Part shown: in pieces, positions 28,097-40,577 of the stretch
Numbering within the stretch: position 1 is the stretch's first letter
Layout of the letters: each line of letters begins with the position of its first letter
DNA from: Octopus vulgaris
Lineage: Eukaryota
Assembly (NCBI GenBank): GCA_951406725.2
Contig: OX597838.1
Location: forward strand, 18,104,001-18,168,000
DNA: 64,000 nucleotides
Reading direction: 5' to 3'
Notes under the pieces: generated by a model
Databases searched by the model: none
What the model was told of the DNA's origin: nothing
What the model saw: only the letters and a program-made list of their open reading frames with translations
Position numbers and translations under genes: made by a program

Positions 28097-28312
28097 CTTG
28101 TACTATACCTAATGAAAAATATTCCTGCTTTAACAAAGAACGTTTATATGAAGAAGCTTACTGAAAATAAATAAATAAATAAAACCACTCAGAGCATCTG
28201 ATTAAGCGCATGCGCTGGAAAGCAAACTTCTTGGAAATTGAATCTCGCGAAGAAATCTTCAATAGGATATTCGGATTAGCGACCCCCCCAAAAAAAGAAT
28301 CCCCCCCTCCAC

Positions 28313-29239
28313 CAGGACCGGTTTTAAGCCAATTAGACAGATTTGTTCAAACTGGGCCCTCGCGCCATGTGAGGGTGACGCGCACACGCTCAAGCAGAGG
28401 ACGTTATGAAGAATTTTTAGTATATTATTGTGGCTAATGGTGGAGTGTAAAGCCCTCAACGCTATTCGACTGGGACTGGTGTACTAATCGAAGCATACAA
28501 CATCAATCTTGAGCTTCTGTAGCGTAGTGGGCCGCACTGACAATGCTCGAATTGAACCCTGCACTTCCTAGTGCCGGCCGTACCTCCATACATGGCGTAG
28601 AGGGCCGCACTGACAATGCTCGAATTGAACCCTGCACTTCCTAGTGCCGGCCGTACCTCCATACATGGCGTAGAGGGCCGCATTGACAATTCTCGAATTG
28701 AACCCTGCACTACCTAGTGCCGGCCGCTGCTCCATACATAGCGTAGAGGGCCGCATTGACAATTCTCGAATTGAACCCTGCACTTTCTAGTGCCGGCCGT
28801 ACCTCCATACATAGCGTAGAGGGCCGCACTGACAATTCTCGAATTGAACCCTGCACTACCTAGTGCCGGCCGTTGCTCCATACATAGCATAGAGGGCCGC
28901 ACTGACAATTTTCGAATTGAACCCTGCACTACCTAGTGCCGGCCGTACCTCCATACATAGCGTAGAGGGCCGCACGGACAATTCTCGAATTGAACCCTGC
29001 ACTTCCTAGTGCCGGCCGTACCCCCATACATGGCGTAGAGGGCCGCACGGACAATTCTCGAATTGAACCCTGCACTTCCTAGTGACGGCCGTACCTCCAT
29101 ACATGGCGTAGAGGGCCGCACTGACAATCCTCGAATTGAACCCTGCACTTCCTAGTGACGGCCGTACCTCCATACATAGCGTAGAGGGCCGCATTGACAA
29201 TCCTCGAATTGAACCCTGCACTACCTAGTGCCGGCCGTA
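28313..29239. mobile_element. Non-autonomous DNA element (hAT-like CAGG.CCGG terminus) nested in the PLE
   Basis: Flanked by a 7-bp direct repeat CCTCCAC (28306-28312 and 29240-29246). Ends CAGGACCGG...CCGGCCGTA. Removing it restores the PLE frame. Confidence 0.55.
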
Positions 29240-29245
29240 CCTCCA
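28520..29245 (+). repeat. 73-bp minisatellite, 10 copies
   Basis: Unit ~tggcgtagagggccgcactgacaattctcgaattgaaccctgcacttcctagtgccggccgtacctccataca, starting at 28520, 28593, ... 29177. Confidence 0.95.
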
Positions 29246-30027
29246 CGCATTGGACTGGAAGCTTTTGAATACATCCTGAACATGGCTGAAAACTTTCAGT
29301 TCAGAAATTATTTAAACACTTTCCAAAGCATTTTGATGAAAGAGCTGAAGCAATTCCGCAACTCTAGAAAATTACTCGTTCCTTCAGATAAGACTAAAAA
29401 CATTTATGAGGTTAAGAATCACCTGAATAAACAACTCATTTCCAGTAATATTAGCAGAAAACTAACCCTAACATGCATTACTGCATTGATAAAGAAGCAA
29501 ATCTACTAACCTCGGTCATTAAAATAGATTATGATATCAAATGTTTAGCTGCCAGACACCACCCCCACTAGATTACTTTAAAAGACTATAAATGCAATTT
29601 CTTCTTTGACTCTAAATGCAGATTCACCTAATTAAGAGTGAATTACTCAGCAAAATAATTCCTGATGCAATTAATGTGAAAATTATGCAATCTGCTAAAA
29701 TTCCCCAGTGGAAGGACAACTCCTTAGTGACGGATTGAATTACGCGGCAAACGTGACTGCAATTTCACACAAATTGACCTCATCGAGTTTCATTTTTCCA
29801 TCACTGAAATTTTTTTAATAAAAGTTTTACAGTTTGGCTACGGATGTACTACCACCACATCATTATGATCACGATAGAAAGTGGCGCAATGAAGACAGAA
29901 CTGGAAGCGCATTGTGACCAGCGGTGCACATACATACATACATACATTGCGAGACTAATAACTTGGTGTAGGACTCAATGTACGTATGCTTCAGAACGAA
30001 GTGTTAGATGAGTGTAGAGCGGTAATA

Positions 30028-30227
30028 AGAAAGAGAGATTACGAAGGAATAAATGATAATCTTATCAACTTCATTACCTTACAGCTGTTTCAGTTATAGG
30101 ATGCGGTCAACTCATGGTTGAGTGCCTAAAACCCTATAGCTTAATCGGGGCCTCGAATATTCGAGCAGAAACAGCTGTAAGCTAAGGAAGTTCAACAATC
30201 TTTTATTCTTTTGTCATCTCTCTTTCT
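30028..30227. repeat. Imperfect inverted repeat with hammerhead relic
   Basis: agaaagagag...ttacagctgtttc pairs with gaaacagctgtaa...ctctctttct. The right arm has TAGCT...CTCGAA-TA-TTCGAG..GAAA CAGCTG TA AGCTA, but the CUGANGA core is lost. Confidence 0.55.
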
Positions 30228-30241
30228 GATATATATATGTA

Positions 30242-30461
30242 CAGGGTGGCTCAAAAGTATTCAACTCCCTTTCGCATTCGTATATTAACAGTTTAGATCT
30301 TAATTATAGAAAAATATGAAACCATTATTCTATGCTAATTTAGTTCATTTTCTCAAGCTCCCTTTCAGTTTGTAAGATTGAAATTTAAATTTAATAAAGT
30401 GTTTTAAAAGAAATTTAAAGTGCCTACGTGATAACTGTAAACCTACTTTTGGACCACCCTG
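30242..30461. mobile_element. Tc1/mariner MITE
   Basis: TA-CAGGGTGGCTCAAAAGTA ... TACTTTTGGACCACCCTG. Confidence 0.75.
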
Positions 30462-30500
30462 CATATACACACACACACACACGCACACACACACACGCAC

Positions 30501-30557
<57 letters not shown>

Positions 30558-30573
30558 CACAAACACCTATGTA

Positions 30574-30781
30574 CAGTAATCCCTCGCCGTATCACGGTTT
30601 ATTATTTAAGCTTACGTTGATTCCTCTGCGGCGGTGTTTTGCATTTATAATAAAATAAATATTTACAAATTATAAAAATGATCTTAAATATATATTGTAT
30701 AGTACTGTTTCTACTTTACGGATTTTCCCCTATCGGGAAGGGTTTTGGAACATGACACCCGCGATAGTTGAGGGATTACTG
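30574..30781. mobile_element. pogo/Tigger-type MITE
   Basis: TA-CAGTAATCCCTC ... GAGGGATTACTG-TA. Confidence 0.8.
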
Positions 30782-30847
30782 TAAAGATAAGATCCAGGGA
30801 TCCATATCCAGGGGTAGGAAGTTAGCGAACGTTGAGCAGTGCGTAGA

Positions 30848-30899
<52 letters not shown>

Positions 30900-30901
<2 letters not shown>

Positions 30902-31116
30902 TCTTTTACTCTTTTACTTATTTCAGTCATTTGACTGCGGCCATGCTGGAGCAGCGCCTTTAGTCGAGCAACTCGATCCCGGGACTTATTCGTTGTAAGC
31001 CCAGTACTTATTCTATCGGTCTCTTTTGCCGAACCGCTAAGTGACGGGGACATAAACACACCAGCATCGGTTGTCAAGCAATGCTAGGGGGACAAACAGA
31101 CACACAAACATACACG

Positions 31117-31148
<32 letters not shown>

Positions 31149-31320
31149 CATATATACGACAGGCTTCTTTCAGTTTCCGTCTACCAAATCCACTCACAAG
31201 GCTTTGGTCGGCCCGAGGCTATAGTAGAAGACACTTGCTCAAGGTGCCACGCAGTGGGACTGAACCCGGAACCATGTGGTTGGTAAACAAGCTACTTACC
31301 ACACAGCCTCTCCTGCGCCT
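30900..31320 (-). mobile_element. SINE family 1
   Basis: Family consensus match. Confidence 0.9.
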
Positions 31321-31646
31321 ATGTATATATATAAAAAAACTTTCAAGTACGACAGTGGTTTATTGACGTAGAAGGTTGTAATCTTTTCCCATATCCGATG
31401 TTCGATAAGCTGCAAAAAAAGGTATTTTACAGATCACGGTTAACAACTGGGATTGCTGTATGCGAATAAGAATCCAAATTTAGGGAATGGAACTAGAAGA
31501 ACATCGGAAGTAACAATTACCCAAACGAGGGGTACTCCACTGGCCAAAGATACCTTAGTCAAATGAAGGTTACATTGTCGTCAAGGAACGCCGTGTTAAC
31601 TCGCAGGAGATTTGATCGAATATATCTTCTTAATATAAATATAATA

Positions 31647-31878
31647 GGGTGTCGAGCTGGCAAAAACATTAGCACGCCGGGCGAAATGCTCAGCGGTATT
31701 TCGTCTGCCGCTACGTTCTGAGTTCAAATTCCGCCGAGGTCGACTTTGCCTTTCATCCATTCGGGGTCGATAAATTAAGTACCAGTTACGCACTGGGGTT
31801 GATGTAATCGACTTAATCCGTTTGTCTGTCCTTGTTTGTCCCCTCTGTGTTTAGCCCCTTGTGGGTAGTAAAGAAATA
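31647..31878 (+). mobile_element. tRNA-derived SINE family 2 (central GCCTTTCATCCTTTCGGGGTCGATAAA..AGTACCAG domain)
   Basis: A box AGCTGGCA..., B box GAGTTCAAATTCC, ~20-bp TSD tatat(c/t)ttcttaatataaat. Other copies at ~899-1097, 9368-9550, 17687-17953, 26421-26640, 38617-38795, 40725-40900, 48285-48435, 57973-58185 and 61830-61995. Confidence 0.85.
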
Positions 31879-31879
31879 T

Positions 31880-32262
31880 ATATTTTCTTAATATAAATTT
31901 GAGCAATGTTTCTCTGTCCGTTACGTTTTTATGGTCGTTAACTCCTCCTAAACCGTTGGTGCAAGGACAACGAAACTCAAACTAGCAGCTCCCCTAATCC
32001 CAGGGAATGTCCTAAGGGGGTCTATTTTTTAAGTGCCGCCTAATTGTGGTCACTCTGACGCCCCTATTTTTACTGCATGGTGGCGTAAGGAGGTTCAATT
32101 TCTGAAGGGCTGCTTAAATGGGGCCGCATTGACCCCCGTATTTTTACTGCCTTTACCTCACTCCTACGCTTATTGATTAAGCTATGATCAGCATCAGTGC
32201 TTAACATTTGCAGAAATAAGTTTCATTACACAAGGGTAGGGGCCGCGAAGCAGCCCGATAGT
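31880..32262 (+). mobile_element. Non-autonomous Helitron-like element
   Basis: 5' ...ctgtccgtt...aactcctcctaaaccgtt; 3' hairpin GGGCCGC-GAA-GCAGCCC then a degenerate (C)TAG-T. Confidence 0.45.
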
Positions 32263-32346
32263 GGGGCCAGAGGCATCAAAGGTGCCCTTCGAAGGAGCCA
32301 GCCTGAATGCTACCCGAAAGGCGGTTTCAAGTCACACACACACACA

Positions 32347-32443
<97 letters not shown>

Positions 32444-32444
32444 T

Positions 32445-32636
32445 TATTCTTTTATTTGTTCCAGTCATTTGACATGCGGCCATGCTAGAGCACCGCTTTT
32501 AGTCGAACAAATCGACCCCAGGACATATTCTATGGGCCTCTTTTGCCGAACCGCTAAGTTAGGAGGATGTAAATACATCAACATCGGTTGTCAAGGGATG
32601 GTGGGGACAAACGCAGACGTACAAACATATACAAGT

Positions 32637-32715
<79 letters not shown>

Positions 32716-32905
32716 TATATATATACATATATATATATATACATATATATATATACATACATATATACGATATATACATACATATATACGATGGGCTTTC
32801 AGCTTCCGTCCACCAAATCCACTCACAAGGCTTTGGTCGGCCCGAGACTATAGTAAAAGACACATTCCCATGGTGCCATGAAGTTGGACTTAACCCGGAA
32901 CCATT
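32445..32905 (-). mobile_element. SINE family 1 (diverged)
   Basis: Family consensus match. Confidence 0.8.
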
Positions 32906-32907
32906 TT

Positions 32908-32971
<64 letters not shown>

Positions 32972-32974
<3 letters not shown>

Positions 32975-33350
32975 ATGCGCAATGATCCAGTGGTTAGAGC
33001 AGTGGACTCGCAATCGTAGGATTGCGGTTTCGATTCTTAGAACGGGTGTTGTGAGTGATTATTGAGCGAAAAGACCTAAAGCTCCACGAGGCTCCGGCAG
33101 GGGATGGTGGTGATCCCTGCTGTACTCTTTCACCACAACTTTCTCTCACTCTTTCTTCCTGTTTCTGTTGTACCTGTATTTCAAAGGGCCGGCCTTGTCA
33201 CTCTCTGTGTCACGCTGAATCTCTCCGAGAACTACGTCAAGAGTACACGTGTCTGTGGAGTGCTCAGCCACTTGCACGTTAATTCCACGACCAAGCTGTT
33301 CCGTCGATCGGATCAACTGGAACCCTCGTCACCGTAACCGACGGGGTCCC
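32972..33350 (+). mobile_element. SINE family 4
   Basis: Reverse-complement match to 21681-22059. Confidence 0.85.
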
Positions 33351-33384
33351 ACCAATTTATACATACATACATACATACATACAT

Positions 33385-33617
33385 TATGGCTGCCCCCTCG
33401 TTATCGATTATGGCCATTGCACGAAGCTTAACTGTTACTGGTGCTGTGATCGAATGTGACTTTTTAGCCCAGCTAAAGATCTACAATGTCTTGTACAAAA
33501 TTGGCAACTAAGACCTTTACCGGTAATAGCCGGCTGTAGTTGTAACTGGGTTTCATGTACCTTTGCATGTCGTTTAAGTCCTCCTGCCGAATTACACTCT
33601 CTTCCACATGCCCGACA
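33385..33617 (-). mobile_element. RTE/BovB-like LINE 3' end with two C-terminal C2H2-like fingers
   Basis: CRACGRECNSAGGLKRHAKVH...CQFCTRHCRSLAGLKSHIRSQH*, followed by a short UTR and (TATG)n tail. No TGEKP linker or splice sites. Confidence 0.6.
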
Positions 33618-34657
33618 TACATACATACATACATACATACATACATACATACATACATACGCACACACATATACATACATACATGCATATACATAGATGT
33701 GTAGGTATGTATGTTATACCTACATAATTATCACTTGACCCATTCTTTAGCGCAAGTATTTGACCAGTTTGATGAAACCTTAGCTTGCATCCACTAAAAA
33801 TAGCTATAAAGCTATTTATTCTCTCCCTGAGTAATCGTGTTCAATTTCTGATAACGGTCTACGAACGCAAGAACTCGAACCCGTTTTTTTTTCTGTCTGC
33901 AGAGAAGCAAACCCTGAAATATAAGCATCCGGTTTTCTTTCCATAGGAACGCTGCTGAAATTCTTTGTTTATTAAAAAGACATGACTTACATTTAAAAGT
34001 CATCCCAAAATTGCTCTATACCACAACTACAAATAAATGAATGAATTACACACACACGCACACTGATACACACACACACTGACACACACACACACACACA
34101 CTGACACACACACACACACACTGACACACACACACCCATATATATATATATACAGACACGTTTTTTAAAAAAGATATATATATATATAGATAGATAGGTA
34201 AATAGTTAGATACACATATACATATAGGTTTAATTACATGCACGTACACACACATAAGCACACACACACACACACATATACATACATACCCGCACGCACG
34301 CAACCACACACACACCTATATATATATTTATATATATATAATATATACATATATATATATACACATATATACACACATACATGTTTATAATATATATATA
34401 CACTTATAGATATAGGTTTAATTACATGCACGCACACACACACACCCACACACATATATATGCATACCCGCACGCACACACACACACTCACACCTATATA
34501 AGTATATATTTATACATATACACACACACATGTTTATAATATATCTTTATATACATAGATACGCATATACATGTAGGTTTAATTACACGCACGCACACAC
34601 ACACACACACTCACACACTCACACGCACACACACACATATATATACATACATGCCCG

Positions 34658-34727
<70 letters not shown>

Positions 34728-35364
34728 TATGCAGCTTAGCAATGAAGCGGTGTTTATGTACTTACCGGATGTTATTATATAATAATTGCAGAATCATTAA
34801 AATACATCGTTAGTTGATATGTCTGATGTGAATACGGGAATCCCATTGGCTGAAATCTAATAAACTGTCCAATCGTGGTCTTATCTTATCTAATTAGATG
34901 GATGGATCTGTGTGTATCTGTCTCCCTCATATTCCAATCCGTCTCCTTATGTCTCCGTTCCGAACTCATATATCATTATACGCACACATATCTGTGTCTA
35001 AGTAGATGTATATACGCATACGTTCATTCATTTATCCATGCGTACGTAGATACGTGTGTGTGTATGTGTGTGTGTGTGCGTGCGTGTGTGTGTGTATAAG
35101 TATACTTTCAATAACTACTATGTATATATATATATATATATATATACATACATAGTATATATACATATATATACACATACACACACACGAATGCATATAC
35201 ATACTCTCATAATATTTGCATGCATGCATCCATCCATCCTTACATGCAAATATATATATATATATATCAATCATATACAAAAACATACATTCCTACATAC
35301 ACACACACACACATACATACATACATACATACATGCAAAAAGACATACGCCCGTATTCATGCGC

Positions 35365-35446
<82 letters not shown>

Positions 35447-35539
35447 TATATATATACATATACATACATACATACATACATATACATACATACATACATA
35501 CATACATACATACATACATACATACATACATACATACAT

Positions 35540-35576
<37 letters not shown>

Positions 35577-36549
35577 CATACATATATACATACATATATA
35601 TATATATATATGCGAGTACGTGTTTGTGTGTAATGGATATAAGAGAGTATAATTAGTGTACAACCATTCATCTTATGCATTTGTGCTTAAACAGACATAA
35701 AAAAGAAGTTTGTGAACCAATTAAACGCTGAGAAGTTTTAAACTAATGCTTACAATAGGAAGTTTGTGTAATATATTTCGTATGTTCAGTTAAATCGAGG
35801 TCAATTGCTGATGTGCTCCTCTTCCCACTTTGGTGGCATCTTGCCAGTTTTTTAGAAACCATCAATATTATTGCTGTCAGACAGATGTAAGACGGAAAAG
35901 CAACGGCAGAGAGCTAGAGAGAGAGAGCTAGAGAGCCAAACAGAATATACGAGGACGTTGAGCTTTCTTCTTTCACATTTGTGAGTTCAATTCCTGTGTG
36001 TTTTAACGAAGACCGTGGGCAGATATGAATTGTATAATGTGATCGAGGTGTTAGCTTCCTAGCCTTTACTCTTTTACTCTTTCACTTGTTTCAGTCATTT
36101 GACTGTGGCCATTCTGGAGCACCGCCTTTTAGTCGAGAAAATCTACCCCAGGACTTATTCTTTGTAAGCCTAGTACTTATTCTATCGGTGTCTTTTGCCG
36201 AACCGCTAGGTTACGGGGACGTAAACACATCAGCATCAGTTGTCAAGCGATAGAATAAGTACAAGGCTTACAAAGAATAAGTCCTGGGGTCGATTTGCTC
36301 GACTAAAGGCGGTGCTCCAGCATGGCCACGGTCACATGACTGAAACAAGTAGAGCATGTGTAAAATTTGAACGAAATCGGTCGGGTCTCTTTTGCCGAAC
36401 CGCTAGATTACGGGGACGTAAACACATCAGCATCGGTTGTCAAGCGATAGAATAAGTACAAGGCTTACAAAGAATAAGTCCTGGGGTCGATTTTCTCGAC
36501 TAAAGGCGGTGCTCCAGCATGGCCACAGTCACATGACTGAAACAAGTAG

Positions 36550-36648
36550 GGCATGTGTAAAATTTGAACGAAATCGGTCGAGTAGTTCTCGAGTTTTAGT
36601 GATGCACACATACGGACAGACAGACATTCTCAGTTTTATATATATAGA
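36550..36648 (-). mobile_element. Non-autonomous Helitron-like 5' end
   Basis: Minus strand: TCtatatatataaaactgagaatgtctgtctgtccgt...aactactcgaccgatttcgttcaaatttt. Confidence 0.55.
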
Positions 36649-36918
36649 ATCCAGTTGCCTATGTGTCCTTTATTGTTGGTGCCTTTACTGTCATCCTTTC
36701 AGACTTGCTTGCATACCGTGGGTTTCTACGCGTACGTTTCATGTAGAATATACCCCGAATAAAGAAACCATATAATATAACAAACAGTATTGCGTGGATA
36801 TAAAGAAAACAAGGGGAGACAATGCTATCAAATATTTTACTCTCGTTATTGGATACTTTAATTATTTACTTTATAATATACTTTACACCGCATTCAAAAC
36901 ACACATATGCATACATAT

Positions 36919-36964
<46 letters not shown>

Positions 36965-37509
36965 ATGTGTGTGTAGTTCGGAAAGAAAAAAAAAAGGCCT
37001 TCCCTTTTTAACAATTCAAAAATTTTCATGACTGTTGCACAACTTAATGATGAGATAAGATAAACGGATCGTATAACAGGATATCATTAGGATTCTTTCG
37101 ATCGGTATTTTAGTTGGCTAAATGTTTTGGCAACGATTACGAGAGCAAGTTAATGAGTACTTGAGATGGTATGGTCTTCTCTTATATCTGAATAAGAAAA
37201 AAAAAAAAAAATTAAATTAAAATTAAGAAAAAAAAAAAAACATCATGTTTATAATCTTCCTCTTCGACAAAGTATCACGGCATTATTAAGAAACTTACGA
37301 GTAAAAAGAATTTCGAAGGTGGCACTGAACTCTGTTTTGTTGTTTTAAACCTGTTATCAAATTTTCAATTTTCAAATACGATAGGATTGTAATGACCTGA
37401 AGAAGCTGGAAGGAAATTAAGGAATTAAATGATGGAGAAAAAATGTAGACGACGCAGTTAATAGAAATTAATTTTGCGATTTGATTGTCCAGTTGAGAAC
37501 TACTTTAAG

Positions 37510-37673
37510 ACGCAAGAATGGCTGTGTGGTAAGTAGTTTGCTTACCAACCACATCGTTCCGGGTTCAGTCCCGCTGCGTGGCATCTTGGGCAAGTGTCTT
37601 CTACTATAGCCACGGGCCGACCAAAGCCTTGTGAGTGGATTTGGTAGGCGGAAACTGAAAGAAGCCCGTCGTA

Positions 37674-37743
<70 letters not shown>

Positions 37744-37977
37744 TGTGTGTGTGTTTGTGTGTCTGTGTTTGTCCCCCTAGCATTGCTTGACAACCGATGC
37801 TGGTGTGTTTATGTCCCCGTTACTTAGCGGTTCGGCAAAAGAGACCGATAGAATAAGTACTGGGCTTACAGAAGAATAAGTCCCGGGGTCGAGTTGCTTG
37901 ATTAAAAAAGGCGGTGCTCCAGCATGGCCGCAGTCAAAGGACTGAAACAAGTAAAAGAGTTAAAGAGTAAAAGAGTA
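37510..37977 (+). mobile_element. SINE family 1
   Basis: Family consensus match. Confidence 0.9.
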
Positions 37978-38106
37978 GCAACAACATTTTTATGAAAATA
38001 TATTAAAATTAGAATTTTAAGATATTGTTATACTTGGGAATGGTCATATTTCGCCATTATATATTTGATTATCATTACAGCTTTATCAATATTATTTTAG
38101 TTTCTT

Positions 38107-38152
38107 ATTACAAAATTCTTTCGTCACACCTCTCTGTGACCTCTTCAGCAAC
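38107..38152 (-). ncRNA. Decayed hammerhead motif
   Basis: Minus strand: GUUG CUGAAGA G GUCACA-GAGAGG-UGUGAC GAAA GAAUUU UG UAAU. Core and 6-bp stem II are intact, but position 17 is G (non-cleavable). Confidence 0.5.
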
Positions 38153-38876
38153 TCTCTGTCCTACGTGTCTCCTTTTGTTCTGCTTATTCCATTTTTAATT
38201 GGGAAAAATATGACCGTCCCCAAGCACAAACAATATCTGTTTCAGCACTCGATTTCACATCAAGAATCTTGAAAAAGAATTTTAAGAATTCTCTATCCAA
38301 TATTTAACAAATACTTAATATAAATCTCTTAATTGTATTGCCCCATTATTATTAGACTCGTTCACTTAAAATGTCCTTATCTAGTCTCACCATCAGACAT
38401 GTAGCAAACCAATGACTAGCGATCCATTATAAATCTATGACCAACAACGCTAAGATTCACAACACAATTTATGACATTTCTCTGTTTCATTTTTCTCTAT
38501 TATTTGATTTTGATTTTCAAGACGAATTATATTTTTGTTCGTCGCACCGTTTATCGTATATGTGCACCGCCATTTATTTTGCAACTTTATTGTATGATAT
38601 GGTTTTTTTTAAACATGGCGTCGGATAAATGCTCAGCGACATTTCTTCTGAGTTCAAATTTCGCCGAGGTCAACCTTACTTTTGTCCCTTTCGGAGTCGA
38701 TCGATAAAATAAAGTACCAATCAAAGACTGGAATCAGTCCAATCGAATACCCCTTCCCCTTAAAATTGCTGGCCTTGTTCCTAAATTTGAAATAATTGTA
38801 TGGTGGTTCCTGCGATACGTAAAGGAATTCATTGATATAGCATCGAAGAAAATGCCTTGTGGTATTTATGTTCCGA

Positions 38877-39085
38877 TTATTTCGCCGGGCGAAATGCTTA
38901 GCGGTATTTCGTCTGCGTTACGTTCTGAGTTCAAATTCCGCCGAGGTCGACTTTGCCTTTCATCCTTTCGGGGTCGATAAATTAAGTACCAGTTACGCAC
39001 TGGGGTCGATGTAATCGACTTAATACCTATGTCTGTCCTTGTTTGTCCTCTCTGTGTTTAGCCCCTTGTGGGTAATAAAGAAATA
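38877..39085 (+). mobile_element. SINE family 2 inserted into an older family-2 copy
   Basis: 16-bp TSD GGTATTTATGTTCCGA at 38861-38876 and 39086-39101. Confidence 0.85.
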
Positions 39086-39289
39086 GGTATTTATGTTCCG
39101 AGTTCAAAACACACTGAGGCCAACTTAAACTTTCTTTCTTTTTAAGTACAGTAAGTGATTTAATCAACTGGAGACTCTCCTAAACTTTCTAAATTAAGTA
39201 CTTTCTAGACTAGAGCCCGTTAAAAATTATTGTTATTGTTGTTGTTGTGTCTTGTCATGGTAAAACGCTTTTTATAAAGAAATCCAAAT

Positions 39290-39550
39290 AAAAAAAATAA
39301 ATGCGCCCTTTTAAAACCTAGCCAGGCTCATGGGCCCGGTTTCCCGGTTTCTATGGTGTATGTGTTCCCCAGCTGGACGGGACGCCAGTCCATCGCAGCG
39401 TTACTCACTTTTGCCAGGCTGAGTGGACTGGAGCAACGTGAAATGAAGTGTTTTGTTCAAGAATACAACGCGTTGCCCGGTCCAGGAATCGAAACCTCAA
39501 TCTTACGATCATGATGCTGACACCCTGACCACTAAGCCACGCGCCTCTAC
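39290..39550 (-). mobile_element. SINE family 3
   Basis: Matches 27598-27845. Confidence 0.85.
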
Positions 39551-40139
39551 ACAGCACGCCGCCTTAGAGCATTATAAATAATGAGACACAAAATGTAGAC
39601 GACAATGCTAGCAGTAACAGTCACCACAACAGCAGAAGCAGCAGCAGCAACAACAACAATAACAGTGCATTTTTGCGTATGCCGAGTCTAACGGAAAAAA
39701 AACAAAAAAACTGGACAGAACTAAACTCATACAAAAGTAATTAGTCTGGCAGAATCATTTGAAGCGAGACCATGACTCCTTGCCTGATAAATATATCTAA
39801 GAGCTGGCAAGGCGGAATGTCGTTTATTTGTGTAAGCTAAAAATAACGGAGGTTTTCATTTGCTCTTAGAATAGCAACTGCAAGATGGACTGCAGTGTGT
39901 CCTTGAGACAGAAATATTCGCCATGTGACGTGCTAAAGCCTACGGAATTGTCTGCATGGTGTTTTAAGACCGGAGACACAGCAAGTAAAACAGGTTGAAA
40001 TTATGAGGCAAATATCCACTTTAAATCTGTACACCAATACTTGGGACTTAAATCATACCCCAACTTTCCAACACCCTAGGATTGTGGTAAGGTGCATCGG
40101 AAATGTCATTGAATTCTGGTGTTTTGTCACATTGGCGTC

Positions 40140-40577
40140 ATATTCTTTTCTACTTTAGGCACAAGACGCGAAATTTTTGGGGTAGGGGCCAGTGGATTAG
40201 AACGACCCCAGTACGCAACTGGTACCTAATTTATCGATCCCGAAAGAATGAAAGGTAAAGTCGACCTCGGTGGAATTTGAACTCAGAACGTAAAGACAGA
40301 TGAAATACTGCTAAGTATTTCGCCTGGCGTGCTAACGTTTCTTATTTCTTTATTGCTCACAAGGGGCTGAACATAGAAGGGACAAACAAGGACAGACAAA
40401 TGGATTAAGTCGATTACATCGACCCCAGTGCGTAACTGGTACTTAATTTATCGACCCCGAAAAGGATGAAAGGCAAAGTCGACCTCGGCGGAATTTGAAC
40501 TCAGAACGTAGCGGCAGACGAAATACTGCTAAGCATTTCGCCCGGCGTGCTTAACGTCTCTGCCAGCTCGCTGCCTT
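40140..40577 (-). mobile_element. SINE family 2 nested dimer
   Basis: Two consecutive family-2 bodies. Confidence 0.85.

Larger units (their letters stand above)
28111..29870 (+). pseudogene. Decayed Penelope-like element ORF (N-terminal/RT region), interrupted by the 28313-29239 insertion
   Basis: Motifs MKNIP, EHLIKRMRWKANFL, PPP-RIGLEAFE (in frame once the insertion is removed), KLLVPSDKTKNIYE, ITLKDYK, QWKD and FTQIDLIEFHFSITE match PLE RT motifs (KRMRWKA, VPADKT, ITLKDHK, FIQFDIVEFYPSI). Many stops and frameshifts. Confidence 0.75.

Noticed and set aside
28520-29245. CRISPR-like array
   Set aside because: The whole 73-bp unit is conserved with no unique spacers, there are no cas genes, and the context is eukaryotic. 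It is a minisatellite.
33435-33617. Host C2H2 zinc-finger gene exon
   Set aside because: No TGEKP linkers or splice sites; it ends in an RTE-type UTR and microsatellite tail, so a LINE C-terminus fits better.
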